Assembly (NCBI GenBank): GCA_009602725.1
Contig: WELB01000011.1
Location: forward strand, 1,291,361-1,355,360
Length of the DNA: 64,000 nucleotides
Origin: Spirogloea muscicola
Lineage: Eukaryota
Reading direction: 5' to 3'
A program made the position numbers and the translations under genes. The stretch's first letter is position 1. Every line of letters starts with the position of its first letter. The notes under the pieces were generated by a model. It was not told the DNA's origin and did no database searches. It worked only from the letters and a program-made list of their open reading frames with translations. Shown piece after piece: positions 36,211-48,989 of the stretch.

Positions 36211-39200
36211 TCACAGTGCTGCCACCAACATTGAGTCTCTTGGGCGCTGCCCCACACGACGTGTGCCCGATGTGCCTTCTTTGCGGAGCTTCTTGCTGCC
36301 GACATTCTTAGCCAGCTTGGACTGCTTGAGCCGCTTCCCGCTCTTGAATACAGCCAGGATCTCCATGCTGCAGCCAAGGACAGAAGAGGCAGCACATCAG
36401 AATTTACATATACAAGCAAGAAGCTGACGGCTAACGGCGTGCAATATTTGCAATTTAGGATGTCAAGGACCTGTCAGTGCCCGGGAAAAAGTGAAAGGCC
36501 CTGGCATTGTCGAGGTGCCAGGCGCCGCCGGCTGTCAGCAGCTCGCAGTCCTGCGCAAGCCTAATGTTGCCGTCAGTATAAGCCCTCGCTAAGATTGTCA
36601 CAAGCAAGCTCCGCGCTGCAGTCGTGCTTCTAGCCATGCCAAGCGACAGCGATGTTGAACTCAACCAATCCACCCTTGACCGCACATGAGGATGCATCTG
36701 GAATGCTCTCCTCCCAGGCACTTGGACAACAACCAAGCCTCCAATCAGGAACGGACCAGTACTCTACTACCCTTCTAACCGCTGTGTCCTATAACATGCT
36801 TACACTACCAGCAAGATGCCACCAGCACTTGTTACCCGCTGGAAGGCCTGGAAACCACAGCTGACATATATCAGAGTGGAGGGCCAGATGTCTCCCCACT
36901 CGTGGTCATTGCTGGCTCCAACAGCGACCCGAGACCTGTCCGCTCTGATCATCCACGGCCTCTTTTCCACCCTGAATCATAGTGAAAAGAGCAGGCGTGA
37001 GCAAATGAAGGTGTGAAAGGACAACTGGAGACAGTCTCTTGACCTATCTAGTTAGTTGGTCGACAAAAAAGAGGCCCTAGTCCACAGGACGCTCTGCCAA
37101 TGTTGACGAAGGTATAATGCACAAAACTCTCCTCAAGAAGTGAAGCTTCCCGACTGGGATGCTACTGAACGATCTCAGCCAAGTAAGAAGTGCATTTTAG
37201 TACGTTCACCTCCTGTTGGATGACCTGACACATACTAAGCATTGACAGAGGCACTGATAAAGACAACACGACAAAGAGAGTCCCTCGATCACAACTCACT
37301 TCTCCTTTGCCTGAGGGGATGGGATCTTTGCTTTCCCCTGCCCACGGATGGCAGCCAAGCGCAGAGCGTCGACAACAGCTGCATCCAGCCCTTTCCGAGG
37401 AGGGTCCACCACAACGACCTCTGCGCCTTCCAGCCACTTCATGGGAGCCTGTTTGAGGATGAGTCAGACTTGAATTGTAGATTGGAGTAGCACGATAAGG
37501 TATGGCAGACATGGTATGCTATAAAGTGCACCAGTGTGACATGCAGAAACTATTGGCGTTAATGCCTCTGCATGCAAGCTCATGCCCCAGCCTACTGCAA
37601 GAATGTGCACATTTTTGAAGTTCCTCACCACAGCAACGTCCGCACAGTGCCAGCTGACATCGATGGAGGTAGAGGGAGGTAACCGCCTCAGCGAGAGCTC
37701 GAATGGAGCCTGTGCTAGCTTGTTCACCTCCACACACCTAACGCGCCTGCTTTGCAAGCTCAACATTAGGCTCAACAGTGCAACAGAGCAAGCCCCTGGA
37801 GCTTTCTGAGTATGCAACTTGGAGAAGGTCAAATAGGTTATGAAGGTGAGACTTGATTTTGCACAAGCTGTGTGGAGAAGTTGAGTTGGGTGTCAATACC
37901 TGCATGTGCGCGAGACAGCAAGGCTGAGGCCGATTGCTCCAACTCCTGCATAAAGCTCGGTGACAGAACTCTCTCTTGGGACAAACCTTTGCAGCCTATG
38001 TAAAAGAGCCTCAAATGCCTGCACATATTTGTAACTATGAGAAAACCCTCGGACTCCAAGCTCATAAAAGAAGAAAAACTCACAGCCTACCTGCAAGCAT
38101 TGGAGTCATTACAGCAAGAGAAGCTCAGAATGTAAACTCAACTACGATCTCACAATAATTTACTACTTAGCATCACTTGAAGATATCCACTATGCCCGCA
38201 GCTCATGTTTTACATGTAGCACCTGGTAGTTGGCCTGGCTGAAGCTTCCAGGGGTGAAGCAGACATCTGCTCCGCCGACTTGCTCCCAGAACTCTGTCGC
38301 GCCCTTCAGATGCCTCCATCTGCCCCCAAGAATCACCTGGCAGTCCAAGACTCCCACAAGCACTTAGCATCACAGTCTGTTCTCACCAAGAAAATTCACA
38401 GGTGTAACAAGCGTTGCAGTCTTGCAACGCACATTGCTCTTGCTGGTTTGAAAGTTGGCCCAAACAGAGTGCAGAAGGGGCCGCCGACTCCTTGGGCCGC
38501 CAGCTCTCCACAGAGCCTGCAAAAGCATGTGTCAGTGGCTGCTTAACAGGTGCACTGTGGAGGTGGTGCAAGTGTCGCCAATCACAGCACCGTCAAGCAA
38601 GATAGAGATGCTTGACATATTAGTCACGACCCTTAGTGCGAGACCAAGAAGAGACCTTGATATTAAGGGAAGGACATCATCAGGCACTAGTATTAAGAGC
38701 TGATTGTAAGCTTCCCGAAACATCAGTCCATGCAATAATTGCTACTGGCCACGTGCCAGAGGGAGGGTGCATTGTCTCTCTATTATCTGTCAAGGCTGCA
38801 AAGTAACATCCTGCACACATGCGAACACACCTCAGCGGCGGGAAGGAGAGTCTCAGCCTCGGGAGCTTTCTCATCACGTGCATTCCAAACAAGTGCAATC
38901 TGGACTTTCCCTGCCACCGTGAATGACCATCGGCGCTGGCAACGATTAAAAAGTTGCAGACAAGTAGCTGCCTCTGAACTTGCTACTTGAGTATAACTTA
39001 ACTTGATGTCAAGCTGACAGTGGGTTTCAGCTGATGACCATGGATGGGTTTTGCAGGAGATGCAGGTCATGAAGAGTAGAGGCGTAAGATTGCATGATAC
39101 GTCAATCTAGCTCAGGTCAACCTAGCTAGCCCAATGGACCTCGCCTGATGAACCTCCCAGGTAATGTTAGAGTGAAATTAATGTACGTGCATAGATCAAC

Positions 39201-41841
39201 CTTAAGAAGTGCGCTGGTGTCCTTGTGACAGACTTACCTTGTGCGTATCTTTCTGTTAAAGGAATGGCTGTGTTGTATGTTGACAGGACGAGCTGCAAGC
39301 AATGAAGCAAGGCAGTGCTTATTGCCAGTTTGAGGCATTGTTACTTCAGCGCTAGTACTGCCAGCTATGATGATGACAACATGCAGCTTGAGGCGCAAAC
39401 CCAAACATACATATGCACCTGACAGTACCTGTATGTACCGCAGGCTGCCCAAGCCAGTCTCCTCATCGTACGGCTGGATTTTCAAATCTGTGATTGCTAT
39501 AAGTGACAAAAGACCAAAGAAGGCGTTTAGCTTGTGCTGCAAGTATAAACTCCTGCATCCACTTCTGCGCTGCAATAATTACATAACTGACACCTGAATA
39601 AATGTAGCATCTGTTAGCCTGTAGACTACTGAGGAATGTAGGATGGCAGTAAAACAAAGCTAAGGGGGGAAAAGCTTGCGACTCTTAGGTGCAGTAAGTA
39701 CTTCACATCAGGTTAGGACTCAAGACAGTAATCCTACAAGGAGAACAATGCTCAAGAGGATGTCAAGTCGCTTACTGTCTCTGATGAGCTCCACAGCCGC
39801 ATTTATACTTGGATGATGAGCTGTTACAGGAGGAGAACCGAGGCAACCATGATGACTATGATGTGAAGGATGAGTGTTGCTCAGAATCTGTCCTTTTTGC
39901 AGCATTGCAGCATCTGTCCTATTTCTACACTGCTACATTCAGGTCATGCTGTCCCTTTCATGAACCTATGAGAATAGAACGTGACAACTAACAGCTGAAA
40001 GAGTGTCCATGTTTGTCATCATTTGCCAGATTGCCAGGGACTAGAGGACCGAGCTATCTCCACAAATTGTGAAGTCTTGCAGACCTCGGCAGCCAGGGAT
40101 GTCCACGGCAACATGGCTGTCCTCCTCAAAGAGACCAATTTCTGGACTCTCTGGCATTCCACGCACCGCGAGCTTGGCTCGGCATCTCCAGCCCCACTGC
40201 CAATGGTGGCCAGAGTCCAATCAGGCAAGCAAAGGCAAGTGACCAGCATATGCATACTGAAGCCTCAGCTTGTACCATTTCTAGAGCCTGGCAGCAGGAG
40301 CATGCAAGACCTCCTCAGGCAGGGAGCGGTTGCTGGGAGGAGAGCATGGACCCTGATTACTGGAACACAGATATAGTGATCTCAAGGCAATTACCTCTCC
40401 CCCTCCACCCTCCCCTTCCCCCCAACCCCAAACCTCAAAGAACAGAATTCTATCATGAACTCAAAGCAATCTTGCTGCAACCTCTTGCTGCAGCTTCAAG
40501 TGCCAAGTGGCTTGAATTTGCTTGACGAAGCACTGAGGAATGCTATGCAGGCATACCACATCCCCTGTGTTCAGCTTGAAGTTGCTCACACCGTGCTGCT
40601 GGAAGAAGGCCCGCGCTTCGGCAAGGATTGGTGGTTGATTCAGGTGCCACTCAAGCGAGCACCCGGAGCACCTGGCATGCTCAGCAGGAGCCTGAGGACG
40701 TTGGTGGAACTTGTAATCCTTTCGATTGTGCGCGTCAAGTGAGGTTCACATCTATAGACTCCAAGGAGGGTCCTCGGTAGCAACATTCAGCTAGATTGAG
40801 GTTTGAGGTTCAGGATTCAGGGTTTATTTTGAATATTACCATTGTTTTAATAGGGTTCAAGGGTTTAGGTTTGACGCTTTAGGGCACTCCCTGCAGGGAG
40901 TGCCATCCTTACGCCATACTGAACCCTGCCTAGAGCAACCCTCAACATCGAAGCCCCAAAAGCCAGAAAGTTTACGCTCTAGAGCTCTTGGCCTGGTGGC
41001 AAGGAGTTGTCAACGCGCTCAGCGGGGTGGGGGCCAGGGCCTACCTGCTAAAGTGCTGGCAATCAAGGTGACTGTCTGACAGGTGCGCACTGCTAGGACT
41101 TGGCTCTTCTGCAGCCTCCTCTGCCAAACCCCAGCTGTCGTCGTCGTCGTTGCCATTGGGCGCCCTTGGAAGCGGTGCATGAGCTCCCGCTTGCCAACTG
41201 AGCAGCCTGCCAGCGCTGCTGACCCCATCGAGCAGCGATTGCGATTGCAGAGTGCACTGCTGGAGGACGGCGGTGTCCAACGACGCCTCATCGTCACGCT
41301 GGCTCCGCCGCGAGTCGCTGACGCCCTGAGCCCGTCGCCGACCATCAGAGCTGCGCAAGGGCGCCTTGTCGGTGCTGCTGGTGATTCGAGCTCCGCTGGC
41401 TGGCCTCCCGCCGCGGCTTGACGGCGAGCCGAGGACAGCCGCGTCGCGAGACGGCGCCTCTCGGGCTTCCGCGCTGGGGCCCACCCAGAGCCCATCCTGG
41501 TCATACTGGCGGACGTCGCTGCCACCGCGGCGGCCGCCGGCCTGGCCGGGCTCGGCCGCGCCGACAGCGCCGCGGGGCTCCCGCGGCGGCGGCGGCCACT
41601 GCGAGCGGCTCGCGCGCTTCCACTCGTCGCCCCTCGCCTCCCTCCTCGCGGCGGCTACCGGGACCCCACGCCGCTCCCAGAGGCCGTCCGGGCCCCTAGC
41701 CCATGACCAGTCCGCGTCGCCGCCGCCGCCGCCGCCGCCGTGGCGGGCTTCCGCATTTTGCGTCGGCGCCTCCGGCTGCGGCTCCGTGGCGGGCGCAGGG
41801 CGCCACTCCTCGTGGAGCCGCCGGCGGGGCTCCGCGGCAGC
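36211..41841 (-). CDS. RlmD/TrmA-family RNA (uracil-C5) methyltransferase with a long disordered N-terminus; the start is in the N-gap
   Basis: LDCQHFSR|CSGC (Fe-S motif), WRCRAKLAVRG, IGLFEEDSH.AVDIPGC, HPSINAA, PYDEETGLGSLRYIQ, ELYAGVGAIGLSLA, CVEVN, VVVDPPRKGLD, LIYVSCG, FHFFPGT, MEILAVF. Confidence 0.9.
40795..40945. repeat. Degenerate telomere-like repeats converging on a perfect 22-bp palindrome (intronic)
   Basis: TTCAGGG, ATAGGG, AAGGGTTTAGG and TTTAGGG, then GGCACTCCCTGCAGGGAGTGCC (40883-40904), then AACCCTG and AACCCTC. Confidence 0.6.
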
Positions 41842-42642
41842 NNNNNNNNNNNNNNNNNNNNNNNNNNNNNNNNNNNNNNNNNNNNNNNNNNNNNNNNNNN
41901 NNNNNNNNNNNNNNNNNNNNNNNNNNNNNNNNNNNNNNNNNNNNNNNNNNNNNNNNNNNNNNNNNNNNNNNNNNNNNNNNNNNNNNNNNNNNNNNNNNNN
42001 NNNNNNNNNNNNNNNNNNNNNNNNNNNNNNNNNNNNNNNNNNNNNNNNNNNNNNNNNNNNNNNNNNNNNNNNNNNNNNNNNNNNNNNNNNNNNNNNNNNN
42101 NNNNNNNNNNNNNNNNNNNNNNNNNNNNNNNNNNNNNNNNNNNNNNNNNNNNNNNNNNNNNNNNNNNNNNNNNNNNNNNNNNNNNNNNNNNNNNNNNNNN
42201 NNNNNNNNNNNNNNNNNNNNNNNNNNNNNNNNNNNNNNNNNNNNNNNNNNNNNNNNNNNNNNNNNNNNNNNNNNNNNNNNNNNNNNNNNNNNNNNNNNNN
42301 NNNNNNNNNNNNNNNNNNNNNNNNNNNNNNNNNNNNNNNNNNNNNNNNNNNNNNNNNNNNNNNNNNNNNNNNNNNNNNNNNNNNNNNNNNNNNNNNNNNN
42401 NNNNNNNNNNNNNNNNNNNNNNNNNNNNNNNNNNNNNNNNNNNNNNNNNNNNNNNNNNNNNNNNNNNNNNNNNNNNNNNNNNNNNNNNNNNNNNNNNNNN
42501 NNNNNNNNNNNNNNNNNNNNNNNNNNNNNNNNNNNNNNNNNNNNNNNNNNNNNNNNNNNNNNNNNNNNCCGGCGGCGCCGGCGCGGCGGCCGCGCCGTGC
42601 TTGACCCCCGCGCCCGCGGACCCCGACGCCGCGGCTCCGGCC

Positions 42643-44506
42643 ATGAATCTGCGGTGAGCGGGCATTGTAGACAAGTATGACCAAAGGCATCCCACTCTCA
42701 CGTGTGCTTTTGGCACCTGTCGGCCCTTTTGGGACGTCGTTCAATGCTTCTGGGCTGGCTTCTCCCCGTCCCCCGCCCCCTTTGTCAACGTGCTTGCCTT
42801 TGTACTTGGCCCTCCATCTCTTAACACACACGCATTTTCCTTTGAAAGAGCTTACCTTCCCTCCCTCCCCCTCCCTTGACACACTTGTGTGAAAGCTACT
42901 CGTTTGTACCACTCACCTCTCCTTTGGCCTATCTCGTCTGCTTCCCTCGATCGATTTGGCCCCCCTGCCTCCTTCTCCCAACCACCTCACTGTGAGGCCC
43001 TTCCACGAGTCTGTGCTCTACAACCGTCCGCACACACACTGAATTGGCGGAGGAGCCGGCTGTCGACCGCAGCTGCACCTCACAGCTCGTCAGCAGCTGC
43101 TTGGTGGCACCGCTGGCTGACGAGCTCCGGCCGCCTGGCCGCGCTGCAGGTGGTGGGCCCGAGGCCGGCGAGTCATTGTTCCACTTCTTCTCCCACTCAT
43201 CCTGCTGGTGGCGACCGCGCTCGACCACACCCTCCCGGAGGGCGCGCTCAACTTGGTCACCTCCCTGTTCAGCCCCGTCGATGAGGACCCTGCTATTTCG
43301 CCGCTGTGGCACAACATGACCGACAAGCTCCTCTTCCAGGCGGCACTGCGCATGAAGCGGTATACCAACAGCAGGGACCCACAACCCGATAACTTACAAT
43401 CTCTGTGTCTGCTGCTGCTTTGAGATTATGGCTTCTCTTGCTGGTACAGAAATGCTAACGATCAATCTCTGCGTGTAAAGGGACACGAGCAGGACGGTGA
43501 CGCTGAACGTGGCCTTCCTCTTCTTGACGCGCGGCCCTCTGCCGCATGCGCGCCTCTGGGCCCGCTTCCTCGATGGCAATGAGGGCCGCTACACAATCTA
43601 CATCCACGCCCACCCCCACCACGTCTATCACCTAGTTGACCTGCCTACAGCCTTCCGCCAACGGCGCGTGCCCAGCAAGGTCACCCAAAAGCTTTCTCAA
43701 CCGGCAGTAGCTGTTCTTACACCAATGAAGCTGAGCCCCCCTGGCTGCCCCACTGTGGCAGCCAAAGGCTGCATATGGGGCAAGCCGGCTCACATCTGCA
43801 TCATAAGCAGGCCGATTGCGTCCATCACATGCCATCCGACCCCTGGTTTTGCGGCGTGGTCCTGCAGGAGGCATTCTGGGGCGAGATCTCCATCATTGAT
43901 GCAGAGCGCCGCCTGATCGCCAACGCGCTCCTTGACCCCGCCAATGAGCGATTCCTGCTCGTGTCTGAGTCGTGCATCCCTGTTGTTGGCTTTGATGAAC
44001 TTTACACTTACCTCCTTGGCTCCGCCGTTAGCTTTGTGGACTCCTTTGACAAACCCGGGCCATTTGGCCGTGGGCGATACCGCCACGGCATGTTCCCGAC
44101 TGTCAACCGCGACCAATGGCGCAAAGGCAGCCAGTGGGTGGAAGTGGCTAGGCGCGATGCTCTGCGCCTGATTGGTGACACAAGATACTACCCAGTCTTT
44201 GCGCGTGTCTGCCGCAAGCCCATCTATGTTGACGAACACTATTTTCCAACTTTACTGTATATTACTGCCGGCGCGAGCATTGCCAACCGCAGTGTCACAT
44301 ATGTGGATTGGTCGCGTGGCGGATACCACCCAGCCGAGTTTGGCGCCGCAGATGTGACGTCCCAGCTCATTCGGAAAATTAAGGGCCCCCGCAAATGCAT
44401 GTGGAACAATGAGACCGATCAGCCCTGCTTCCTGATCGCCCGCAAGTTCAAGCCGGACGCCAGTGCCAAGCTCCTGGCCTTGCCCGAGGATGTGCTTGGT
44501 TACTGA
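42643..44506 (+). CDS. Core-2/I-branching (GT14-like, DUF266/BC10-type) Golgi glycosyltransferase
   Basis: Micro first exon MNLR (42643-42653) splices in phase to 43150 (WWARGRRVIVPLLLPLILLV, type II TM). Then LWHNMTDKLLF, VAFLFLTRGPLP, WGEISIIDAERRLIANALLDPANERFLLVSESCIP, WRKGSQW, YVDEHYFPT, TYVDWSRGG.HP, CFLIARKF. Confidence 0.93.
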
Positions 44507-45059
44507 TGGTCTCACCTGTTCAGCAAGTCTTGCTGTAGGAGCCATTCTTTCATGAACACCCCTCCTTGAGATTCCCCTATTCGCTGCACACTAGGGCATA
44601 CACCGCAGTTGTGACACATGCTGCTGCATGCTGACCAGCAGAGCTGTAGTCTGCGGCTTTTAGTACAAGTCAAGTTTAAATAGTAGGAGGGCAAACAGTA
44701 GGAGGGCATGATGGATCATAAATTACATACAAAAGTCTGCAGATGCATGTTGTGACAGCAGATAGGCTCACTTCTGCGACCTCAACTTGTGGTCAGCAAT
44801 TGCAAAGTCAAAAACTTTGAGTCATGTGATTGTTTGTAGCCAGAAAGTCTGGAGCATCCTGAAATCCCGTACATGGACGACATATTGCGGGGCCTCAGCA
44901 ATGCAAATAATCACTTTAGGGACTCTTCGGATCTGGTGCAATGACTGCTGTGCGGAGGGGGTTGTGTGGGAGATGACATGCGGTTACTGGGAACACAATA
45001 CGCTCGTTGCGGTTGCCACTATCAAGATCGATAATGGGTGTCTACGCCTTCCTCAGGGA

Positions 45060-45165
45060 AGGAACAGCTCTGCCAAATTGGGCAAGGGCTGTGAAAGGCC
45101 AGCCCCAAAATAATGGAGGAGGTTAACAAAACAAGAGTGTCCCCAGAGTCCGAGACTCGAGCCAA
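45060..45165 (-). mobile_element. Retrotransposon 3'-terminal hairpin module immediately after the glutaminyl cyclase stop codon
   Basis: Minus strand: TTTTGGGGCTGGCCTTTCACAGCCCTTGCCCAATTTGGCAGAGCTGTTCCTTCC. Confidence 0.6.
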
Positions 45166-45167
45166 GC

Positions 45168-48100
45168 TCATAGGATGCAGGTAGCTCTTGCTGTGGCAAG
45201 GTCAGCCTCGTTGCTTTTGGGGCGCTCATGCACGTGGATCTCATACAGCTTTGGCCACCACTTCCCAGTCACTGCTCACCACCAAAGCACACTTGACAAG
45301 CGCGGTCCAGCATTAGGCCGTGGTGCACGCATACAACCAGAGCTTGATGACAGGATAGGCTTCACTCGGGCACAATACAGAAGCGGACACGGTAGAAAGC
45401 TAAACAGAGAAGTGCGCCTGGGACCCAAACAGCAATAGCGTTTGTCTGCTAGCGCAGCCAAAAACTGGCAGGCCGATGCTGCAACAGTCCTGCAACACGG
45501 GTAAGCTAAAGTTGCTATGCTTCCATTTACACACATATAGGAGAGGCATTGAGGTATGCGTATGCAACGTACCAAACAATCGGTGGTTTGCCTGGTCCCA
45601 CGCAATACCATTCAGTACGTCCAGACCCTGCAACGCGCGACTTTCATATCAGCATTGAAGCAACAAACAAAGAGGAATGACAGCCTAAGGCATGTCTGAC
45701 GCGTCCAATCTACAGCATGATCTTGACTAGCAGCATCAAGCTTTTCAACAATCCTTCCTCTGTACCCTCGGTGTTGGCAAGTTCTGGGCCCGCAGTTTTT
45801 CCCTGCAACAGTGTAGTATTGTCATCTCTTAATGAGTATCTCAATCACAATTAAGTATGCCCTATGCTCTGAGTTAACACGTGAATAGCAACACTAGGCA
45901 TGCGAGAGCGCCATCCCGCTGTATCACTTGCATCATTGTCTTACTCCACAAATGGCTGGAGATACAAATTCTAGGACACAAAGATACGCGCAATACAGAG
46001 ATAGCTAGGACTATTACCTCAGCCCAGATAAGATCACCCATCCGACCACGCGCCCGTCCCTTGGAGAGATGCGGGCTATGCACTCTGTCTACAAAGGAGA
46101 TAGCAGGGCCAACATGAGATTGTGTCATTTCTCAGCGCCCAATCCAGTCGATCAGCAGCCTAAAGCCCCTTTCACAATGAACGTTCAAAGTACGTGGGTT
46201 TACTGGTCTGCTGACCAACCAAACATTCGCCCAAATTTCTCCATTGATGTACTCAAGCTCGTTCAAGTTGCGGACTTCTTGAGCACTATCGCGCACTATG
46301 ACTCTCCTCTTCTCTGTGCACAATCAGGGCATTTCAGTAATGTGGTACAGCGACACAACTTAAGAAGCTGCTGAACAACCGTAAACTTCATTTTCCTTCT
46401 ACAAGGGTGGCCGACGAGTTTTTGTAAAATATGCTAGCAAATCATGTCCCCTATGAGGGCCTATGTGAGGTGAAGAATGTCAGAGATATAGGAGCATATT
46501 AAAGGACTGCAGCAGACAGACCTGTGACTTTGATGGGATCCATGAAATAAAGGGTTGATGTCCCGTCACTACCAACGAGCTGCGTGTTGTCTGTCGTAAG
46601 GCCCCAGCCATCGGTCATTGGATGGTGGAATTCGCCCAGCTGTTCAACCCCCATGGGTGAGTTACACCGAGTCAATATCAGGCACAAAGAGGTCAAGAGG
46701 TGCAGCTGCAAGATCGACTACATGAGATTTCCTTCTTGCTAAAGCCTCCGCTAGTCTGACAATGCCAGCAAGCAGCTTGCAGCAGTTGCAGGCTGAGTCG
46801 CCATACAAGCTTCAGGGAGGTGCTGTTGTAAATGAAGCCCTTTGTAATTCGCCAGGCAACTTGGAGAAGCCTGATGTGGAAGCAACACGCCGATTCAGAG
46901 CCCAAGCAGTAATTGGCGAATGATAGACTCGTCCAAGTGCACTGCAACTAGTAGACGACTACGAAGCCTGCCTTGTCTCGCGGAACTCTGGTCATGTGAT
47001 TAGCTAGCCTGACTTTGGACCAACCGCCTTCTATTACCAAGCATGCGATAGAAGCCCCCTGCCAATGAGCACCAGGCGGGATGTCACCTGCCCTGCCAGT
47101 AGGCAAGTCCCTCGCCAAAGACATGCGCGTCTGCCTTTCTCTCCTTTTTCACCTGCAGCCTTGCCACTTACAAGCAACTCTCAAACATCTGCTGCTCAAC
47201 TGGGAACAACCAACCACATACGGAGCATGAAATCCCTGAGTAAACAGTCGGATAGACTCCATGAGATGCCTACCTTGCCAGTCTTCAGCGCCACCTTCCG
47301 CACACTGGACTGCAGCATTAAGAATCCAGGCGGAGGTCACGAGTATGTCAAATGTTTGATAGCTGCATGACAACTGCTCAACTTTGGTGCGTGAATGGGT
47401 ACAAGCCCTGTAGCTCATCACCTTGACTGATATCTCTTCATTGTTCATGTTCACAAGGCGTGGAGAACAAGCAGCTCTTATATACTTAAGGACACCATGA
47501 CATTATGGTGCTTGTGCTTTGGTCATCGTACTTCGCCGTAGTTGCCGGTGGACTCGTACAAGACGTCCTTGTCCAGGTACAGGAGGCCCTGCAAGTAAGC
47601 AAGAAGGCAAGCATTGAGGCTCTGTCAACAGCCGGGAGCAGTGTTGCGACCTCTCACTGAGGCCAGTGGCAAGATGCAGATCAGTAGGAGCTACACTTGC
47701 AGCAGACGAGTTGCCAAGACAATACCAATTCCTGTGTTAAGAGCTCTGTTCTAAGTGATATTGATGCTAGAAAGGGAGCAACAATTACCTGCGTGAAGGC
47801 CGTGGCATCGTGGGGGTACTCCTCTGCAATCGAGTAGGAGTAGAGAAGAGGTGCCGGAGGGTCGCCTGAGGACGGCGCCCGCGTACCACGGCCTCTGGCT
47901 TCCTCAGCAACCGGCAGGTAACTCAGCGTCATCCAGACGAGGGCCAGAGCAAGGCAGATAGCGCCGGCCAACCCCTGCCCGGGCCATGTCCACTGTGCGG
48001 AATGAGGAGGTGATGCACGTGGCAGAGTTGCTCTACTAGTGCTCCAAAAATGGTGCTCACTAACTGATCAAAGGCAGGTCCTTCTTGCGACATGCCAACC

Positions 48101-48332
48101 TTGTGAGGATCCTGCAGTATCCAATATCACAATCTTGTTGTGACCATCCAGGATCCAACCAAGTGCAGCTCGATGGCAGGCGCAGGCGGAGGCTCACCAG
48201 CAGGAGGAGACGACGGGATCTTTGGCGGCGGGCTGGCATGGCTTCCGGTGGGCCTGTGGGGAGTGCAGTCACGCCAGCCTGCGCCTGCCTTTGGGCCTTC
48301 TGCCTGTGGCCTCGGTGACGGGCGACCCCCAT
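45168..48332 (-). CDS. Plant/bacterial-type glutaminyl-peptide cyclotransferase (QC), type II membrane anchor
   Basis: [14 protein letters not shown]...LYESTG; SSVRKV; VFGEGLA; DGWGLT...[50 protein letters not shown]. Confidence 0.94.
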
Positions 48333-48989
48333 GCACGGCAGCACGGGATCGGTACCATGAGGCGACCCTAGCGCCGCGAGCCGATGGCTCCTACGCAGCT
48401 CGGCAGCTGCCAGCGGCCAATGGCTCTGGATACAACGGCCGTCAATGGCGTCAAGGCCGGCGAGAAGCCTGTATCAAAAGGCGCAGCGCCGTCTCGGTTC
48501 GTCAGAGCGGTGCCGTCAGAGCGGTCGCTTGCCGGGGCAATGGCTGCCGAGGGCTCGGCCAGCACGGCTAGAGGCTCACCCCGCGGGAGTTCGCAATGGC
48601 AGGCGCACGGCCAGGCGGCCGGGCGGAGCTTGCCCGGGGCGCCTGCTCGGCAGCCAGCCATGCCAGCAATGGCGGCACGGCAGAGCTGCCTGGCGAGTCA
48701 GGGGTCTCGCCGACTCCGTGCCACGTCCGGCTCTGAGCCCCGCGTCGACGGCCGCCAGCGGGCGCGCCGGCGCCGGCAGTGGATGGGGAGCTCGGCGAAT
48801 GGGATGGAGGGCCAGAGCGGCCACGTACGAAGCCAGCCCAAGTGTGTATACGAGTCTTTCATCGCCTCCCTTTCTGTCAAACATGCTTCTTCTTAATGTC
48901 AGCCGCCTTGTGCTGCGTGCCGTTCAGCGCGTCGCTGGTCGATGCCAGATTACTGGACGGCAGGTCCCAAGCGCCTGCTACTAAACAGA

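Noticed and set aside
41655..42912. Long ORFs running through N-gaps (also 511-1466 and 56074-57220)
   Set aside because: Artefacts of translating Ns plus GC-rich antisense frames. 42643 onward belongs to the plus-strand GT gene.
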